From the NCBI GenBank assembly GCA_030592085.1, contig JAUUZV010000001.1, forward strand, positions 807 through 64,806: 64,000 nt of DNA, read 5' to 3'. Positions 37,659 through 47,617 of this stretch are shown here, piece after piece (the stretch's first letter is position 1; the number at the start of each line of letters is the position of its first letter). The position numbers and the translations under genes are program-made. This DNA is from Clostridia bacterium (lineage in GTDB: Bacteria > Bacillota > Clostridia > DUPQ01). The notes below the pieces were generated by a model that worked only from the letters and a program-made list of their open reading frames with translations, was not told where the DNA came from and did not search any database.

Positions 37659-38009
37659 ATGGTAAAACAAAGATTAATGTTAAAAGAAAAAGACGCTTAT
37701 GCTGCAGGAATGTTAGAATGTAAGGGAGGTTTTTATCTTCATAAAGGCAATAATCGTATTAAAAAATATATAGGCTTTAAGATAGTATCAAAAGAAAATA
37801 AAAAATCAATATCAAAATTATTAATATGTTTGAAAGAAAGAAAAATAATATTTAAACAATATACTAATTCATTAGACACAACTACTATATATTATATTAA
37901 TGAAGATAAGATGGTTAGAAAATTAATTAAATTTATATCACGATATTGTTATAGAGATGATTATAAAAAATATAAATATGATTGGAAATTGGGGTGGTTT
38001 AAATCGTAA
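37659..38009 (+). CDS. hypothetical protein; weak LAGLIDADG-like resemblance
   Basis: YAAGMLECKGGFYL only loosely recalls LAGLIDADGSF and the acidic residues are not conserved. Confidence 0.2.
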   Translation: MVKQRLMLKEKDAYAAGMLECKGGFYLHKGNNRIKKYIGFKIVSKENKKSISKLLICLKERKIIFKQYTNSLDTTTIYYINEDKMVRKLIKFISRYCYRDDYKKYKYDWKLGWFKS

Positions 38010-38026
38010 GAGTTAAGGCGAAAACG

Positions 38027-38557
38027 TTGTACATATGGGAAGGTCCAGATGATTTTTGTATTATGAGAGGATACCAACCAGTAGCTAATCCTAGGAATAC
38101 TACTGGCATGAATATACGTATTAAGCATAAAGGAGCAATGTCAAAATTTATGTTAGCAGAAAATATTGATTTAATGTTTCTAAGTGAACCAAAAAAATTA
38201 AGAGTGGGTAGTGGTTTTCTTGATGGATGGCAAGTTTATCGTGTTAAAAGAAGTTTTGGAAGTGGTGAGCCTTATATTCCTGATGTGCCTCCTGTAGTAG
38301 CTACTATGATTGATAGTTTGAGAAATCAATTAGCTATTATGACACGAAAGTATCACGAAGCTAGAAAACTTAATTATGATAGAGAACAAAGAGATTTATT
38401 TAGAGCTAAAGTTAAAGATGACTTTAAATTTATAGGAGACGCTAAAAATAAATTATTTACTCAAAATGATTATGGTGGTGGCGGAGCGTGGTCGAGCCCA
38501 TTTACTAGTAGATGGAACTCTAATTTAGGTTCTGGTGGAGGAGACCAAAGTGAATAA
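38027..38557 (+). CDS. hypothetical protein with Gly-rich C-terminus
   Basis: 176-aa ORF. Confidence 0.35.
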   Translation: MYIWEGPDDFCIMRGYQPVANPRNTTGMNIRIKHKGAMSKFMLAENIDLMFLSEPKKLRVGSGFLDGWQVYRVKRSFGSGEPYIPDVPPVVATMIDSLRNQLAIMTRKYHEARKLNYDREQRDLFRAKVKDDFKFIGDAKNKLFTQNDYGGGGAWSSPFTSRWNSNLGSGGGDQSE

Positions 38558-38559
38558 AA

Positions 38560-39063
38560 ATGAATAATTCAAGCATAGAAGAATATGATATTACACAAGC
38601 ACAGAAGTTGTTATCTAATATTAGATTCATTAGCGATTTAAGAAAATTTAAAGTCTCTAAGCCTTTTACTTTAATGGATGAAATAACTATGCAAGAATGG
38701 GTAAAAATATATGTAGAGAATATAGAGTGGAATGGTAGTATAGGAATAGAAAAAGAAGTGTTGCATATGATTCACAAACTAGATAGTCAAATGCAAATTT
38801 TATCTAGTAGAGCTGAAGAAGGTTATCGTAAATTGTTAATGGTCTTAGAGAGAAGAGCATCTATTATCAAATTATTAAATGATAAAATCTTTGAGTTAGA
38901 AAAAGAAAAAATATCTAATATACAGCCAGCTGTAATGGTTCCACCTATAAATACAGAGGCTAAAGATGAAGATAGTAATAAAGAAGAAGATAAAGAAGAA
39001 GAAAAAAAGACGAAGACTAAAACAGCACCTAGATGGATGAATAAAAAACCTTCACCCACCTAA
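38560..39063 (+). CDS. hypothetical protein with acidic C-terminal tail
   Basis: 167-aa ORF. Confidence 0.35.
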   Translation: MNNSSIEEYDITQAQKLLSNIRFISDLRKFKVSKPFTLMDEITMQEWVKIYVENIEWNGSIGIEKEVLHMIHKLDSQMQILSSRAEEGYRKLLMVLERRASIIKLLNDKIFELEKEKISNIQPAVMVPPINTEAKDEDSNKEEDKEEEKKTKTKTAPRWMNKKPSPT

Positions 39064-39122
39064 TATTAAAGAGTAGAAAGACAAGATAAAAAGTAAAGAA
39101 ATGATTAATTCCCGTCAAAATT

Positions 39123-39512
39123 TTGTGCGGTATGCTAAATATGGAAACAGTCAAAATTGAAATAGATATGGTACAGTTTATACGAAAGTTGACACAAAAA
39201 AATTATATATCACTTTATATTAATAAGGGTTGTAATATGATATTAACACCACCAGAACTTAGATCTATGTATAATCTATTAAACTTATTAGAATTTCATG
39301 AAATACATAATGAAATAAAAATTAGTGATTTATTAGCACAATCAGGTTTAGGTAGAGTATCATTTACTAGTAATATTTGGAAATTGATGCCTTATTGTAT
39401 AAATGTGAAAGGTTTAGCCAGTCTCGTTCCTGGCAGAAGTGGAGCTAGATTTATATCAATAAATCAAAATGGGCTAGAAGTTTTAAAAAGATGGAGAGAT
39501 CAAAATGTATGA
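39123..39512 (+). CDS. hypothetical protein
   Basis: 129-aa ORF. Confidence 0.3.
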   Translation: MCGMLNMETVKIEIDMVQFIRKLTQKNYISLYINKGCNMILTPPELRSMYNLLNLLEFHEIHNEIKISDLLAQSGLGRVSFTSNIWKLMPYCINVKGLASLVPGRSGARFISINQNGLEVLKRWRDQNV

Positions 39513-40758
39513 AAATGTAATAAATGACATTCTGCAATTAGAAGCTCAAAAACCAGATGATTATTGGAGAGAGAAAGCCGAAGCCCCCTTATTTACTAAA
39601 AAACCTTTTTATGAATATCAAGGAGAAATACCAGAAGAAGATATAATCACGATGAGTGTAGATACTAGAGATGCACAAAGTAGAACACCTTTAAATGCGT
39701 TAGTATGTGCATCTACGGGAGTGGGTAAAGGACGTCTAATAAAAAATATAGTAAAAGCTTATCATAAACAAGGATATAAAATTTTATATTTTGAACCTAA
39801 AAGCATTGAGATGATGAATGCACGAAAAATGGGTAAAGGTAATAAAGTTCATCCATTAGATAAAAATGAAAAACTGCCAGTCGTAAGTTATGTTCCTAAT
39901 TATATTAAAAGTTATTTAGATCTAAATTATCCTGAGATGAGTAGAAAAGTAACTTTTTATTCTCCAGAACTTAGTAAGTTAAATTATCGAGAAATTTGGC
40001 AAAGTTTTGGAGTTCCTGATAAAGCTGCAGATTTAATTGTTGAAATGGTTCAAAAAGGAACAACTAATATAGACGCTTTTATAGCTAAAATAGCTAGAAC
40101 AAGTTTACATTCAATGACTAAACAAGCAGCTTTAGCATCATTAAATAATTTAAAAGGAACGGGATTATTTTCAGCAAAGAGAAAACTTGATTTAGAAGTT
40201 GAATGGGAAAAAAGTAATATTGTAGTTATTAATTATTTTAGTCGAGATGGAGCTTTTATGAATACAGAAATTGGGCTTGTGTTAGATTTAATCAGAGATA
40301 TTGGTATTATGGAAAGTAAAAAAGGATTAAAAAATATTACAAAAAAATTAATAATTTTTGATGATGCTTTTTATTATGCAGGTTTAAGTGCAACATTAGC
40401 CACTAGATCTTCTGGAGGTATTAATTTAGCAATTCGAAATATTTCAAACTGTCAAAATAATTTTAGAACGTGGGGTATTGATACAATGTTTGTTGTTCAA
40501 TCACCAGATACTAATGCTATTTTTCCTGCATTAATAGATGGATGTACTACAAAATTTATAAGTTATGTAGAAAATCCTAGTTCTTTGCAAGGAAAAGTAC
40601 CTTATGCTGCTTATTCGTTAGTTTCAAATGTTAATCCGGCTAAAGGTCCTGTTTTACATGTGAATGAACAAAATTATTTATTTCAATGGATATATGTTCA
40701 AGGTAAGACAAGATGGAAAACTGGTTTTCCATTTGATTGTACTGTTGGACACTCATAA
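39505..40758 (+). CDS. possible degenerate P-loop NTPase (packaging/translocation ATPase candidate)
   Basis: ASTGVGKGRLI is Walker A-like but GKG is non-canonical. KKLIIFDDAFYYAG is Walker B-like. Confidence 0.35.
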   Translation: MYENVINDILQLEAQKPDDYWREKAEAPLFTKKPFYEYQGEIPEEDIITMSVDTRDAQSRTPLNALVCASTGVGKGRLIKNIVKAYHKQGYKILYFEPKSIEMMNARKMGKGNKVHPLDKNEKLPVVSYVPNYIKSYLDLNYPEMSRKVTFYSPELSKLNYREIWQSFGVPDKAADLIVEMVQKGTTNIDAFIAKIARTSLHSMTKQAALASLNNLKGTGLFSAKRKLDLEVEWEKSNIVVINYFSRDGAFMNTEIGLVLDLIRDIGIMESKKGLKNITKKLIIFDDAFYYAGLSATLATRSSGGINLAIRNISNCQNNFRTWGIDTMFVVQSPDTNAIFPALIDGCTTKFISYVENPSSLQGKVPYAAYSLVSNVNPAKGPVLHVNEQNYLFQWIYVQGKTRWKTGFPFDCTVGHS

Positions 40759-40762
40759 TAAA

Positions 40763-40960
40763 ATGGAAAAAAACAAATTAATAATAATATATGAAAAGCA
40801 TCATTCACAAGGCACGATGGAAAATTATAAACCTTTTAGTACTTCATGGAAAAAGGTAGCATCTTTTAGTTGTTTAACTAAAGCAAAAACATTTATTATA
40901 AAAATGAATAAGAAAAGAAATTCAAATTATTGGACTTATAAAATGGAAGAAAAGGAGTGA
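40763..40960 (+). CDS. hypothetical small protein (internal start chosen to avoid overlap)
   Basis: ATG lies immediately after the upstream stop. Confidence 0.25.
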   Translation: MEKNKLIIIYEKHHSQGTMENYKPFSTSWKKVASFSCLTKAKTFIIKMNKKRNSNYWTYKMEEKE

Positions 40961-41484
40961 TTATAATGGGGATGAAAAATATGTCATATGATAAACATGT
41001 TAAAGATATAAAGTCGTTAGATGTAATATTAATAACAATTATTTCATTAGTTATATTATTAGGAATATTTGCTATTATGGTTTCAAAAACAAAAAATGAA
41101 GTTACATATCAAGAAGAAGTGTGTAATAATTTAGAAAAAGAAGTTAATGGAGAAATTGAAATATTTCCAGAGATTCAAATTACAATGCAACAAATAGCAA
41201 AAATATATGCATTTACTGTAGTAGTTGAGGGTAGATCATCTACACCTTGGAAATGGGACGAAGATGGTGTTATGTGTAGTATGGATATTCAATTATGTGA
41301 AATAAGTAATTTGTTTTGTATGAATGCTACGATGCAAGTGCCTGTTGAATATAATGAATGGGAATTTTTTCAAATGAAAAAGCCACCTGCAGAATCACAA
41401 TATGTACCTATAGATCAATTAAAAACTAATAATACTATATGTGAGGAATCAAACGAAACTATTTGTAATCTTGATTTAAAATGA
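40957..41484 (+). CDS. single-pass membrane protein with Cys-rich ectodomain
   Basis: 175 aa with a TM near the N-terminus. Confidence 0.35.
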   Translation: MIIMGMKNMSYDKHVKDIKSLDVILITIISLVILLGIFAIMVSKTKNEVTYQEEVCNNLEKEVNGEIEIFPEIQITMQQIAKIYAFTVVVEGRSSTPWKWDEDGVMCSMDIQLCEISNLFCMNATMQVPVEYNEWEFFQMKKPPAESQYVPIDQLKTNNTICEESNETICNLDLK

Positions 41485-42384
41485 TAGCAATAAAATGTAA
41501 TTGGTGTGGACAAGATAATGAAATACTATTAATAGAATGTAAATATTGTGGAAATGATTTAATTAGTAATATACGATATGTATCTAAAGAAAAACAATAT
41601 TATTATAAGAGGGGAAAAAATGGTATTTAATTTATATTGGAGAGGTCATGCAACTGAAAAATTAACTAAACTTAAAAATGCTTCAAAGGAAGATTTATTA
41701 GAAGCAATTTCATTAGCAATTGATGATAGTAAAGAAGTACTTAGAGTTAAGATTGAGAGGTGTGAAAATGGTAAAAAAGAAACAAACGAAAGTGCAAAAA
41801 TTAAAGAGTAGTTTGGTTGATATAAAAGATCGGTTGGTTAAAATGAATATTAAGTCTAATGAATATATAAATAGTCACCCGATATCAATGAGAACAGTAA
41901 GTCATCTTGGAGCTGCAATGGTAGGTGGTATTATTGGTTTTTTAATAGGCAAAAGAAAATGACTGAAAGATTTAATAGTAAATTGGTTTGTTGCTTATGT
42001 AGAAAACATCGACGATTATATACTATCGGAAAACATGGTAATCAATCAGATTTATGTCTTAAATGTTTGACTAATTTGTCTAATTATAAATATAAAAAAC
42101 TTATAAAATGAATAATAAAAAAAAGAGGTCATTGGGTGGATTTATCGCTGAGATAGGTATATTTGACAGTTTCATAGATGCAATAACAAGTTTTGCAAAT
42201 TTTGGAATAGATGATGAATATAAGAAAGCAAGAAGTAAAGAATTATCAATATTAGGTAAGAAAGAACCAAATATTGTTGATCAATTACCTATATTTTATC
42301 ATAAAAAATCAAAAGTTATAAATACTTATAGGAAAGAACCTAAGATGGGAGAACAAAGATATTATAATAAGAATGTGAAGGATA

Positions 42385-42567
42385 ATGAGAATGTTTGAAC
42401 ATTTTTTAGGAAAACAAGTAAAATGTCCATATATTGATGGTAAACAATATAGAATTGCTAGAGGTAAATTATCTGAAATAAATAAAGAGTTTGTCAAAAT
42501 AGAAGGCAAGATTGGAGTAATTATAATAAATAAAAGTAGTATTCAAAGAATGAGTTTATTGAAATAA
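42385..42567 (+). CDS. Sm-like/Hfq-like small beta-barrel protein candidate
   Basis: FLGKQVKCPYIDGKQYRIARGKLSEINKEFVKIEGKIGVIIINKSSIQRMSLL follows the Sm1/Sm2 pattern (GK.V...G....G.L..(n)..V.I). Confidence 0.3.
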   Translation: MRMFEHFLGKQVKCPYIDGKQYRIARGKLSEINKEFVKIEGKIGVIIINKSSIQRMSLLK

Positions 42568-42600
42568 TAGTCCTATATTATAGGAAGGAGGAAATCGAAA

Positions 42601-42972
42601 ATGGTATTTGGAAAGAAAAAGGAAGATAAAGACAATGATATAGAAGTAGAATTGCCGCCACCACCGCCACCGCCAGAAGATTTAAGTATAGTAATTACTG
42701 ATGATTTGGTTAAGACTGGTGAGATTGATATAGGTGATGATGAATATAATACAATATTAACACGACTTAGTGAAAGAAATCAAGAAGATCAAGGTGATAC
42801 TGTACCTGTAGATATTCTTGGAGAGAAAGGATTAATGTATAATTTAATTGATAAAGTATTTAAATTAAGAAACGCTTTAGAAGATAATATAAATGATGAA
42901 GAAGTTTTAGATATATGGATAGAAATAGCTGACAAATCTATTTTAGGAATAATTCAAAACGAGAAGAGGTAA
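42601..42972 (+). CDS. acidic protein, tandem paralog 1 (N-terminus MVFGKKKEDKD, poly-Pro)
   Basis: Shares its N-terminus with the next gene. SD GGAGGA upstream. Confidence 0.4.
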   Translation: MVFGKKKEDKDNDIEVELPPPPPPPEDLSIVITDDLVKTGEIDIGDDEYNTILTRLSERNQEDQGDTVPVDILGEKGLMYNLIDKVFKLRNALEDNINDEEVLDIWIEIADKSILGIIQNEKR

Positions 42973-42980
42973 AAAATAAA

Positions 42981-43337
42981 ATGGTTTTTGGAAAGAAGAA
43001 AAAAGATGAACAAAAAATTGATTTTAGTGATCCAAATATAGCTGTACAAGTTCCAGCTCCAGTTATAACATATCCAGAGGGTGTTGATGAAAATGGTGAA
43101 CCAATTAATGTATCAGGTCAAATTGATGAATCTCCAAGAGTATTTAATTCACCTTTTGGTGGTACTACAAAAACTGAACCAGAAGAAATTCAATTAATAA
43201 TGCGTATGGAATTACGTCTTCAGGATAAACATATGATGCAAGAAATGCTTGATGGACTACATTCTATAATTAAGGATTATGGAAAGGAGGTTATTATAAA
43301 TTTTAGTATTGAACCTGAAAAAGCAAAAAATGCCTAG
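42981..43337 (+). CDS. acidic protein, tandem paralog 2 (N-terminus MVFGKKKKDEQ)
   Basis: Shares its N-terminus with the previous gene. Confidence 0.4.
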   Translation: MVFGKKKKDEQKIDFSDPNIAVQVPAPVITYPEGVDENGEPINVSGQIDESPRVFNSPFGGTTKTEPEEIQLIMRMELRLQDKHMMQEMLDGLHSIIKDYGKEVIINFSIEPEKAKNA

Positions 43338-43770
43338 TTATAAGGTACATGCTGTATTTGGTTTTTTGTTTGTGGTAGTTATTATTTTTTTATTATATTT
43401 TTATGATTTAATAAACCTTAATGCAAAAATACTATTTTATATACCTGCAATATTAGTCTTTGCTTTACTTCCAGATTTAGATAGTGGATCAAGTATTATT
43501 AGACGATCTATACTTACATTATTAATTTTAATATTTATAGGATCTTCTATAATGTTTTTTATGACACATGATATAATGTATATTGCACCAATAACTATAA
43601 TTATAATATTGAATATAATTATAAAGTTATCAAAGCATAGAGGTTTAATGCATAATATAATAACAGGAATTATATTAGCATCACCATTATTAGTTATTGA
43701 TTGGGGAGTTGCATTAGCAGCTTTTTTTGCTTATTTTTCTCATTTATTATTAGACGGAAAGTTAATTTAG
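43309..43770 (+). CDS. membrane-bound metal-dependent hydrolase-like protein (YdjM/DUF457-like?)
   Basis: Polytopic. LLPDLDSGSSIIRRS resembles the LPDIDHP..(n)..G motif of that family. Confidence 0.3.
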   Translation: MNLKKQKMPSYKVHAVFGFLFVVVIIFLLYFYDLINLNAKILFYIPAILVFALLPDLDSGSSIIRRSILTLLILIFIGSSIMFFMTHDIMYIAPITIIIILNIIIKLSKHRGLMHNIITGIILASPLLVIDWGVALAAFFAYFSHLLLDGKLI

Positions 43771-43777
43771 AAAATTT

Positions 43778-44287
43778 CTATTTGTATAATATCCCTACAA
43801 CAATACCATGTATTTGACATCGTTTTATTATATCTCTATTATGACTATTATCTCCTTTAGTATATATAATATCACCTGGATAAATCGCTTCTATTCTATG
43901 AATAATTGAAACATTAATATCAATATTTGTATCAAAATATATTGTATTAACTTCACAATCAGTTTTATTTTTTAAAGTGTAATATACTAATTCTCCACTT
44001 TTAAGTTTATAATTATTATTTATATATTTTACGATTGCGTAATTGTCTTCATAGAATATAGGTTGCATAGAATTACCATATAATCTTATTAAGTCATAAC
44101 CATTAATATTAAAATCATCAATATTGAATTTAGAATGTGAAGGTAATAATATTTCATCTTGTCTACAGTAACAATCACAAGTTATATTTTGTTTATATTT
44201 AAAAACGGTATCACTATTCTCTTTACTAATAAGATAACCAGTAAATAATGATGCTATAATCATAATAATAATTATAAAATTTTTCAT
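43778..44287 (-). CDS. secreted Cys-containing protein, hypothetical
   Basis: Signal-like N-terminus MKNFIIIIMIIASLFTG. Confidence 0.35.
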   Translation of the reverse strand: MKNFIIIIMIIASLFTGYLISKENSDTVFKYKQNITCDCYCRQDEILLPSHSKFNIDDFNINGYDLIRLYGNSMQPIFYEDNYAIVKYINNNYKLKSGELVYYTLKNKTDCEVNTIYFDTNIDINVSIIHRIEAIYPGDIIYTKGDNSHNRDIIKRCQIHGIVVGILYK

Positions 44288-44853
44288 TTTATTATCACCG
44301 TTTTAGTTAATATAACATCATCACTACAATCCTTGTAATCAATTTTTAGATTATTTTTTCCTTTTGTTAGATTATAATAATCTATATTTACAGTAATATA
44401 ATTCCAAACAGTTTCATTACTGCACTGATATGTGAAATTATTTAGCGTTAATATATTACCATTGATATAAACTTCAAATAATCTAAATGGATCTAAACAA
44501 GCATCATAAAATTTATCGTAGTCACAATCATATGTTTTACAACAACCAATTCCATTTTTCACTTCCCAAGAAAAGTTTATAAATTTATCATCTTGTATGG
44601 CTTTAAATTTTATAATTTCTTTATTGTTAACATATATACTATTGCTATTTCCACCTCCACTACGTTTTTCGAGTGTAATAATAGTATTATCATCAATTAT
44701 TGTTAATGGTTGTGATTTATCACCAGAAAGTATTTTCTTAAAAAAACCTTTAGCAGCATCAACATAATTATTTATATCAATTGAATTTGCTAATACTACA
44801 GATATTAGAATAAGAATTGCGATTATTAAAATTAATGTTTCACTTATTTCCAA
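44284..44853 (-). CDS. signal-anchored Cys-containing protein, hypothetical
   Basis: N-terminal TM. CC and CDYD motifs. Confidence 0.35.
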   Translation of the reverse strand: MEISETLILIIAILILISVVLANSIDINNYVDAAKGFFKKILSGDKSQPLTIIDDNTIITLEKRSGGGNSNSIYVNNKEIIKFKAIQDDKFINFSWEVKNGIGCCKTYDCDYDKFYDACLDPFRLFEVYINGNILTLNNFTYQCSNETVWNYITVNIDYYNLTKGKNNLKIDYKDCSDDVILTKTVIIK

Positions 44854-45151
44854 TTTTATTTACACCATATCCAAATAAAAATACACCTAGCATTGATAAC
44901 ATAAACCCAGATTTAATTTGATTTCCACCAATTATCATTAAGGTTATAAAGTCTGTTTTTTCAAATGTATTAGTTATTTCTGTAAATTTTACATCATAAT
45001 ATGATTCAACTCTTAGCATATTTTGAGATAAATCTACATTATGAAAACCATTATAGAATATATTACTTCCAGTCATAAATATGATCATACCAATAATAAT
45101 GAATAACGCAGTTTTTGATAGTTTTTCAGTTTTATTAGTCGAATTCTTCAT
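44840..45151 (-). CDS. membrane protein, hypothetical
   Basis: 103 aa with two TM helices. Confidence 0.3.
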   Translation of the reverse strand: MKNSTNKTEKLSKTALFIIIGMIIFMTGSNIFYNGFHNVDLSQNMLRVESYYDVKFTEITNTFEKTDFITLMIIGGNQIKSGFMLSMLGVFLFGYGVNKIGNK

Positions 45152-45297
45152 CTATCATTACCTTCAAATCTTCTTTTGCATATCCTAATTTATGTGGAGC
45201 ATTATAATCAGTCATTTTATCTTTCCAATTAAAATACCATCTACCAATGATATCTGCTATTTTTATTTTATCTTTTGTGTTCATTTATATTCCTTAA

Positions 45298-45855
45298 TTA
45301 TTGAAATTTAAGTTGATGACCTAATTCAAATATCTTATCAACTATTTGTTCTCTTTTTGATTTTCTTAATTCATATATTTTATGTGCTAATGCAAATGCT
45401 ATACTTGATAATATTATTGGTAATAACATAAATAATCCTACAAGCCAAAAATAACTTTGCATTTTATCATCTGTTGTTAATTGTTTCATTGATTCTACAT
45501 ATTCTTCTGGCGCTTCATAATAGTTTTGGGTAGCTCTTATATTAGTAGTAGCACCTAAAATATGACCAGCACATAAATAAATTGTAAACATAAATACAAT
45601 AAATAACTTAGTTAATGATATTGATTTAAATAAAGTTCTTATTAAAAATACAGTAATCAAAGTGGTTAGTATTAATAATGTAACGATACCACCTTCTAAT
45701 AAGAATAATGGGTTAGATTCAGATATTTTAAATACTGGTGAACCAAATGCTGTCCATAGATCAGCTATTGTAGTTACAAATAATAATACTATTAAAGTCC
45801 ATAATATTTTTTTTTCTGTTATTTTGAATTTGTTTTTTACAGTTGTGATATTCAT
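45298..45855 (-). CDS. multi-TM membrane protein, hypothetical
   Basis: 185 aa with 4-5 TM helices. Confidence 0.35.
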   Translation of the reverse strand: MNITTVKNKFKITEKKILWTLIVLLFVTTIADLWTAFGSPVFKISESNPLFLLEGGIVTLLILTTLITVFLIRTLFKSISLTKLFIVFMFTIYLCAGHILGATTNIRATQNYYEAPEEYVESMKQLTTDDKMQSYFWLVGLFMLLPIILSSIAFALAHKIYELRKSKREQIVDKIFELGHQLKFQ

Positions 45856-45956
45856 TTATGCCTCCAATTATGCACAAGCAGAGATAATAGGTTCAAGTAC
45901 ATATTTTTGTGTGTAGTTATCCATTGTCTTTCATCTCTTGTGTCAATTATGATAGT

Positions 45957-46172
45957 TCAAATTCTCTCCATATTTATATCAATATCCTTTATATGGATTA
46001 GAAGATATTTTAAAGTAAAAGCCATTTTACACATAATCTCGACTTTCCTTACTGTATCGGATTTGATTATAAAATCCCCCGTCTTTTTATCTACATATTT
46101 CTCTAATTCTTGAATAATCTTTCTAGTTTCTGCCAGTTCTTTTGAACTTAATGTTACATATTTCCTTTCCAT
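45957..46172 (-). CDS. hypothetical small protein
   Basis: 71 aa, preceded by a conserved upstream motif. Confidence 0.3.
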   Translation of the reverse strand: MERKYVTLSSKELAETRKIIQELEKYVDKKTGDFIIKSDTVRKVEIMCKMAFTLKYLLIHIKDIDINMERI

Positions 46173-46182
46173 TTATATCATT

Positions 46183-46202
46183 CCTTTGTATTCCTTATCT
46201 TA
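46183..46202 (-). promoter_or_regulatory. conserved upstream motif (copy 1), reads TAAGATAAGGAATACAAAGG on the minus strand and includes an RBS
   Basis: A near-identical 20-mer occurs again at 46498..46517. Both copies sit 11 nt upstream of a minus-strand start codon. Confidence 0.35.
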
Positions 46203-46209
46203 TGTCATT

Positions 46210-46323
46210 TCAGCAACATTGGCAAGAATCTGGAAAGTAATCTCCACAATGGTTACATTTCCAACCATAAGGGAAACATTGATATTCTATATCCTTGCTA
46301 TTGCATTTCTTACATTTCTTCAT
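46210..46323 (-). CDS. 37-aa zinc-ribbon miniprotein (not in the track)
   Basis: MKKCKKCNSKDIEYQCFPYGWKCNHCGDYFPDSCQCC. Confidence 0.25.
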   Translation of the reverse strand: MKKCKKCNSKDIEYQCFPYGWKCNHCGDYFPDSCQCC

Positions 46324-46328
46324 TGTGT

Positions 46329-46487
46329 TTAAGCCGTAGGCTCTTTAATCTGAGTATAAGACCATTCTATTAATTCCATTATTGTAGTCTTGTTTGGAAA
46401 TTTTGTAGTATGTTTAATAAAATCTGCTACTAATTCATCCAATGCTTTATGTAATCTTATATGTGTCTTTTGATGTTCTTTATCCAT
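46329..46487 (-). CDS. 52-aa hypothetical small protein (not in the track)
   Basis: MDKEHQKTHIRLHKALDEL.. Preceded by copy 2 of the conserved upstream motif. Confidence 0.25.
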   Translation of the reverse strand: MDKEHQKTHIRLHKALDELVADFIKHTTKFPNKTTIMELIEWSYTQIKEPTA

Positions 46488-46497
46488 TATTATCACA

Positions 46498-46517
46498 CCT
46501 TTGCATTCCTTATCTTA
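46498..46517 (-). promoter_or_regulatory. conserved upstream motif (copy 2)
   Basis: cctttgcattccttatctta compared with cctttgtattccttatctta at 46183. Confidence 0.35.
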
Positions 46518-46657
46518 GTTGTATTAATATACCTCATCACTAGTAAGCCGTATAATTGATCTAGTGTCTTTATCATTTAACTTTTCATCTTTATTCTCTA
46601 ACTTACTCAATCTCATTTCTAATTCCGTTATTTTTTCTTCTATTATCATTTTATAAT

Positions 46658-47368
46658 TTACCTCAGTTTTCTAAATTTGTTTTTAATAATAAACCCAATC
46701 ATTACAAGGCCTAATAAAAACGCCTTTATTTTGCTACCTGTTACAGAAGATTTACCAACTCTTTTCTTATAATTTAATGGGATCTCCATAAAATTAATAT
46801 TTTTTTTAATAATTAATAACATCATTTCCACTCCAAAATGAGAACCTCCTATTGTGAAATAAGGTTCAATTTTTTGTAATACTGATCTTTTTATTAAACG
46901 CATAGTACATCCAACGTCTGTTAAAATTGAAGTATTGTAAAGCAATTCCATTAGTTTTGCAATAAATACATTTCCCCATTTGATAAAGAAGCCTATATTT
47001 GCTCCTTCCCAAATAAGATTTCTGCTAGTCCTAGAACCGAAAACCACATCAAAGTCATCCGAATAGGCTAATAATTTAATTATATCTCTGCCTAAAAAAG
47101 TTCCATCTGGTTCTGCTAAGATTATATAATCACCACTTGCAAATTTTAATCCTTTTCTAATTGCATGACCATAACCTTGTTTATGTTCATATACTTCTTT
47201 TGCTTTAGTTTTTGATACTTCTTTAGATGTACCATAAGCAGCATTATTATTTACAACAATTATTTCATCAATATATCCAGAACTAAAGAAATCATTAATT
47301 GAAGTCTTTATAGATTTCTTCTCATTGTAAGTTGGAAAAATTACAGATATTTTTTTATTTTTCCACAT
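46658..47368 (-). CDS. family-2 glycosyltransferase (dolichyl-phosphate sugar synthase-like)
   Basis: N-terminal ISVIFPTYNEKKSI, DGTF and YIILAEPDG are GT2/DPM1-like motifs. Amphipathic C-terminus. Confidence 0.6.
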   Translation of the reverse strand: MWKNKKISVIFPTYNEKKSIKTSINDFFSSGYIDEIIVVNNNAAYGTSKEVSKTKAKEVYEHKQGYGHAIRKGLKFASGDYIILAEPDGTFLGRDIIKLLAYSDDFDVVFGSRTSRNLIWEGANIGFFIKWGNVFIAKLMELLYNTSILTDVGCTMRLIKRSVLQKIEPYFTIGGSHFGVEMMLLIIKKNINFMEIPLNYKKRVGKSSVTGSKIKAFLLGLVMIGFIIKNKFRKLR

Positions 47369-47617
47369 CCTTTTGTACCTTCATTTTATTTCTCCTAAGT
47401 AAATTATTGAGGTCCATCTCTTGATTCCCAAGAGTTATTAAGTCCGTTGAGTTGGGTTTGGCATACGAAATAAAATGTTGCAACATCTTCAATCGTAAAG
47501 TCTGTATTACAGATTACAAGTCTGATACATTTTATATTGACATCAACTGTTCAGCACTGTTTCCAGTGGCTAGTTTCTGATACTCATTGGGTTGTATTCA
47601 AGTGGACCACAATAAAA

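Noticed and set aside
39730-39760. Calling ORF 39505-40758 a bona fide packaging ATPase
   Set aside because: Its Walker A is non-canonical (GKG instead of GK[ST]). It is reported only as a degenerate P-loop candidate.
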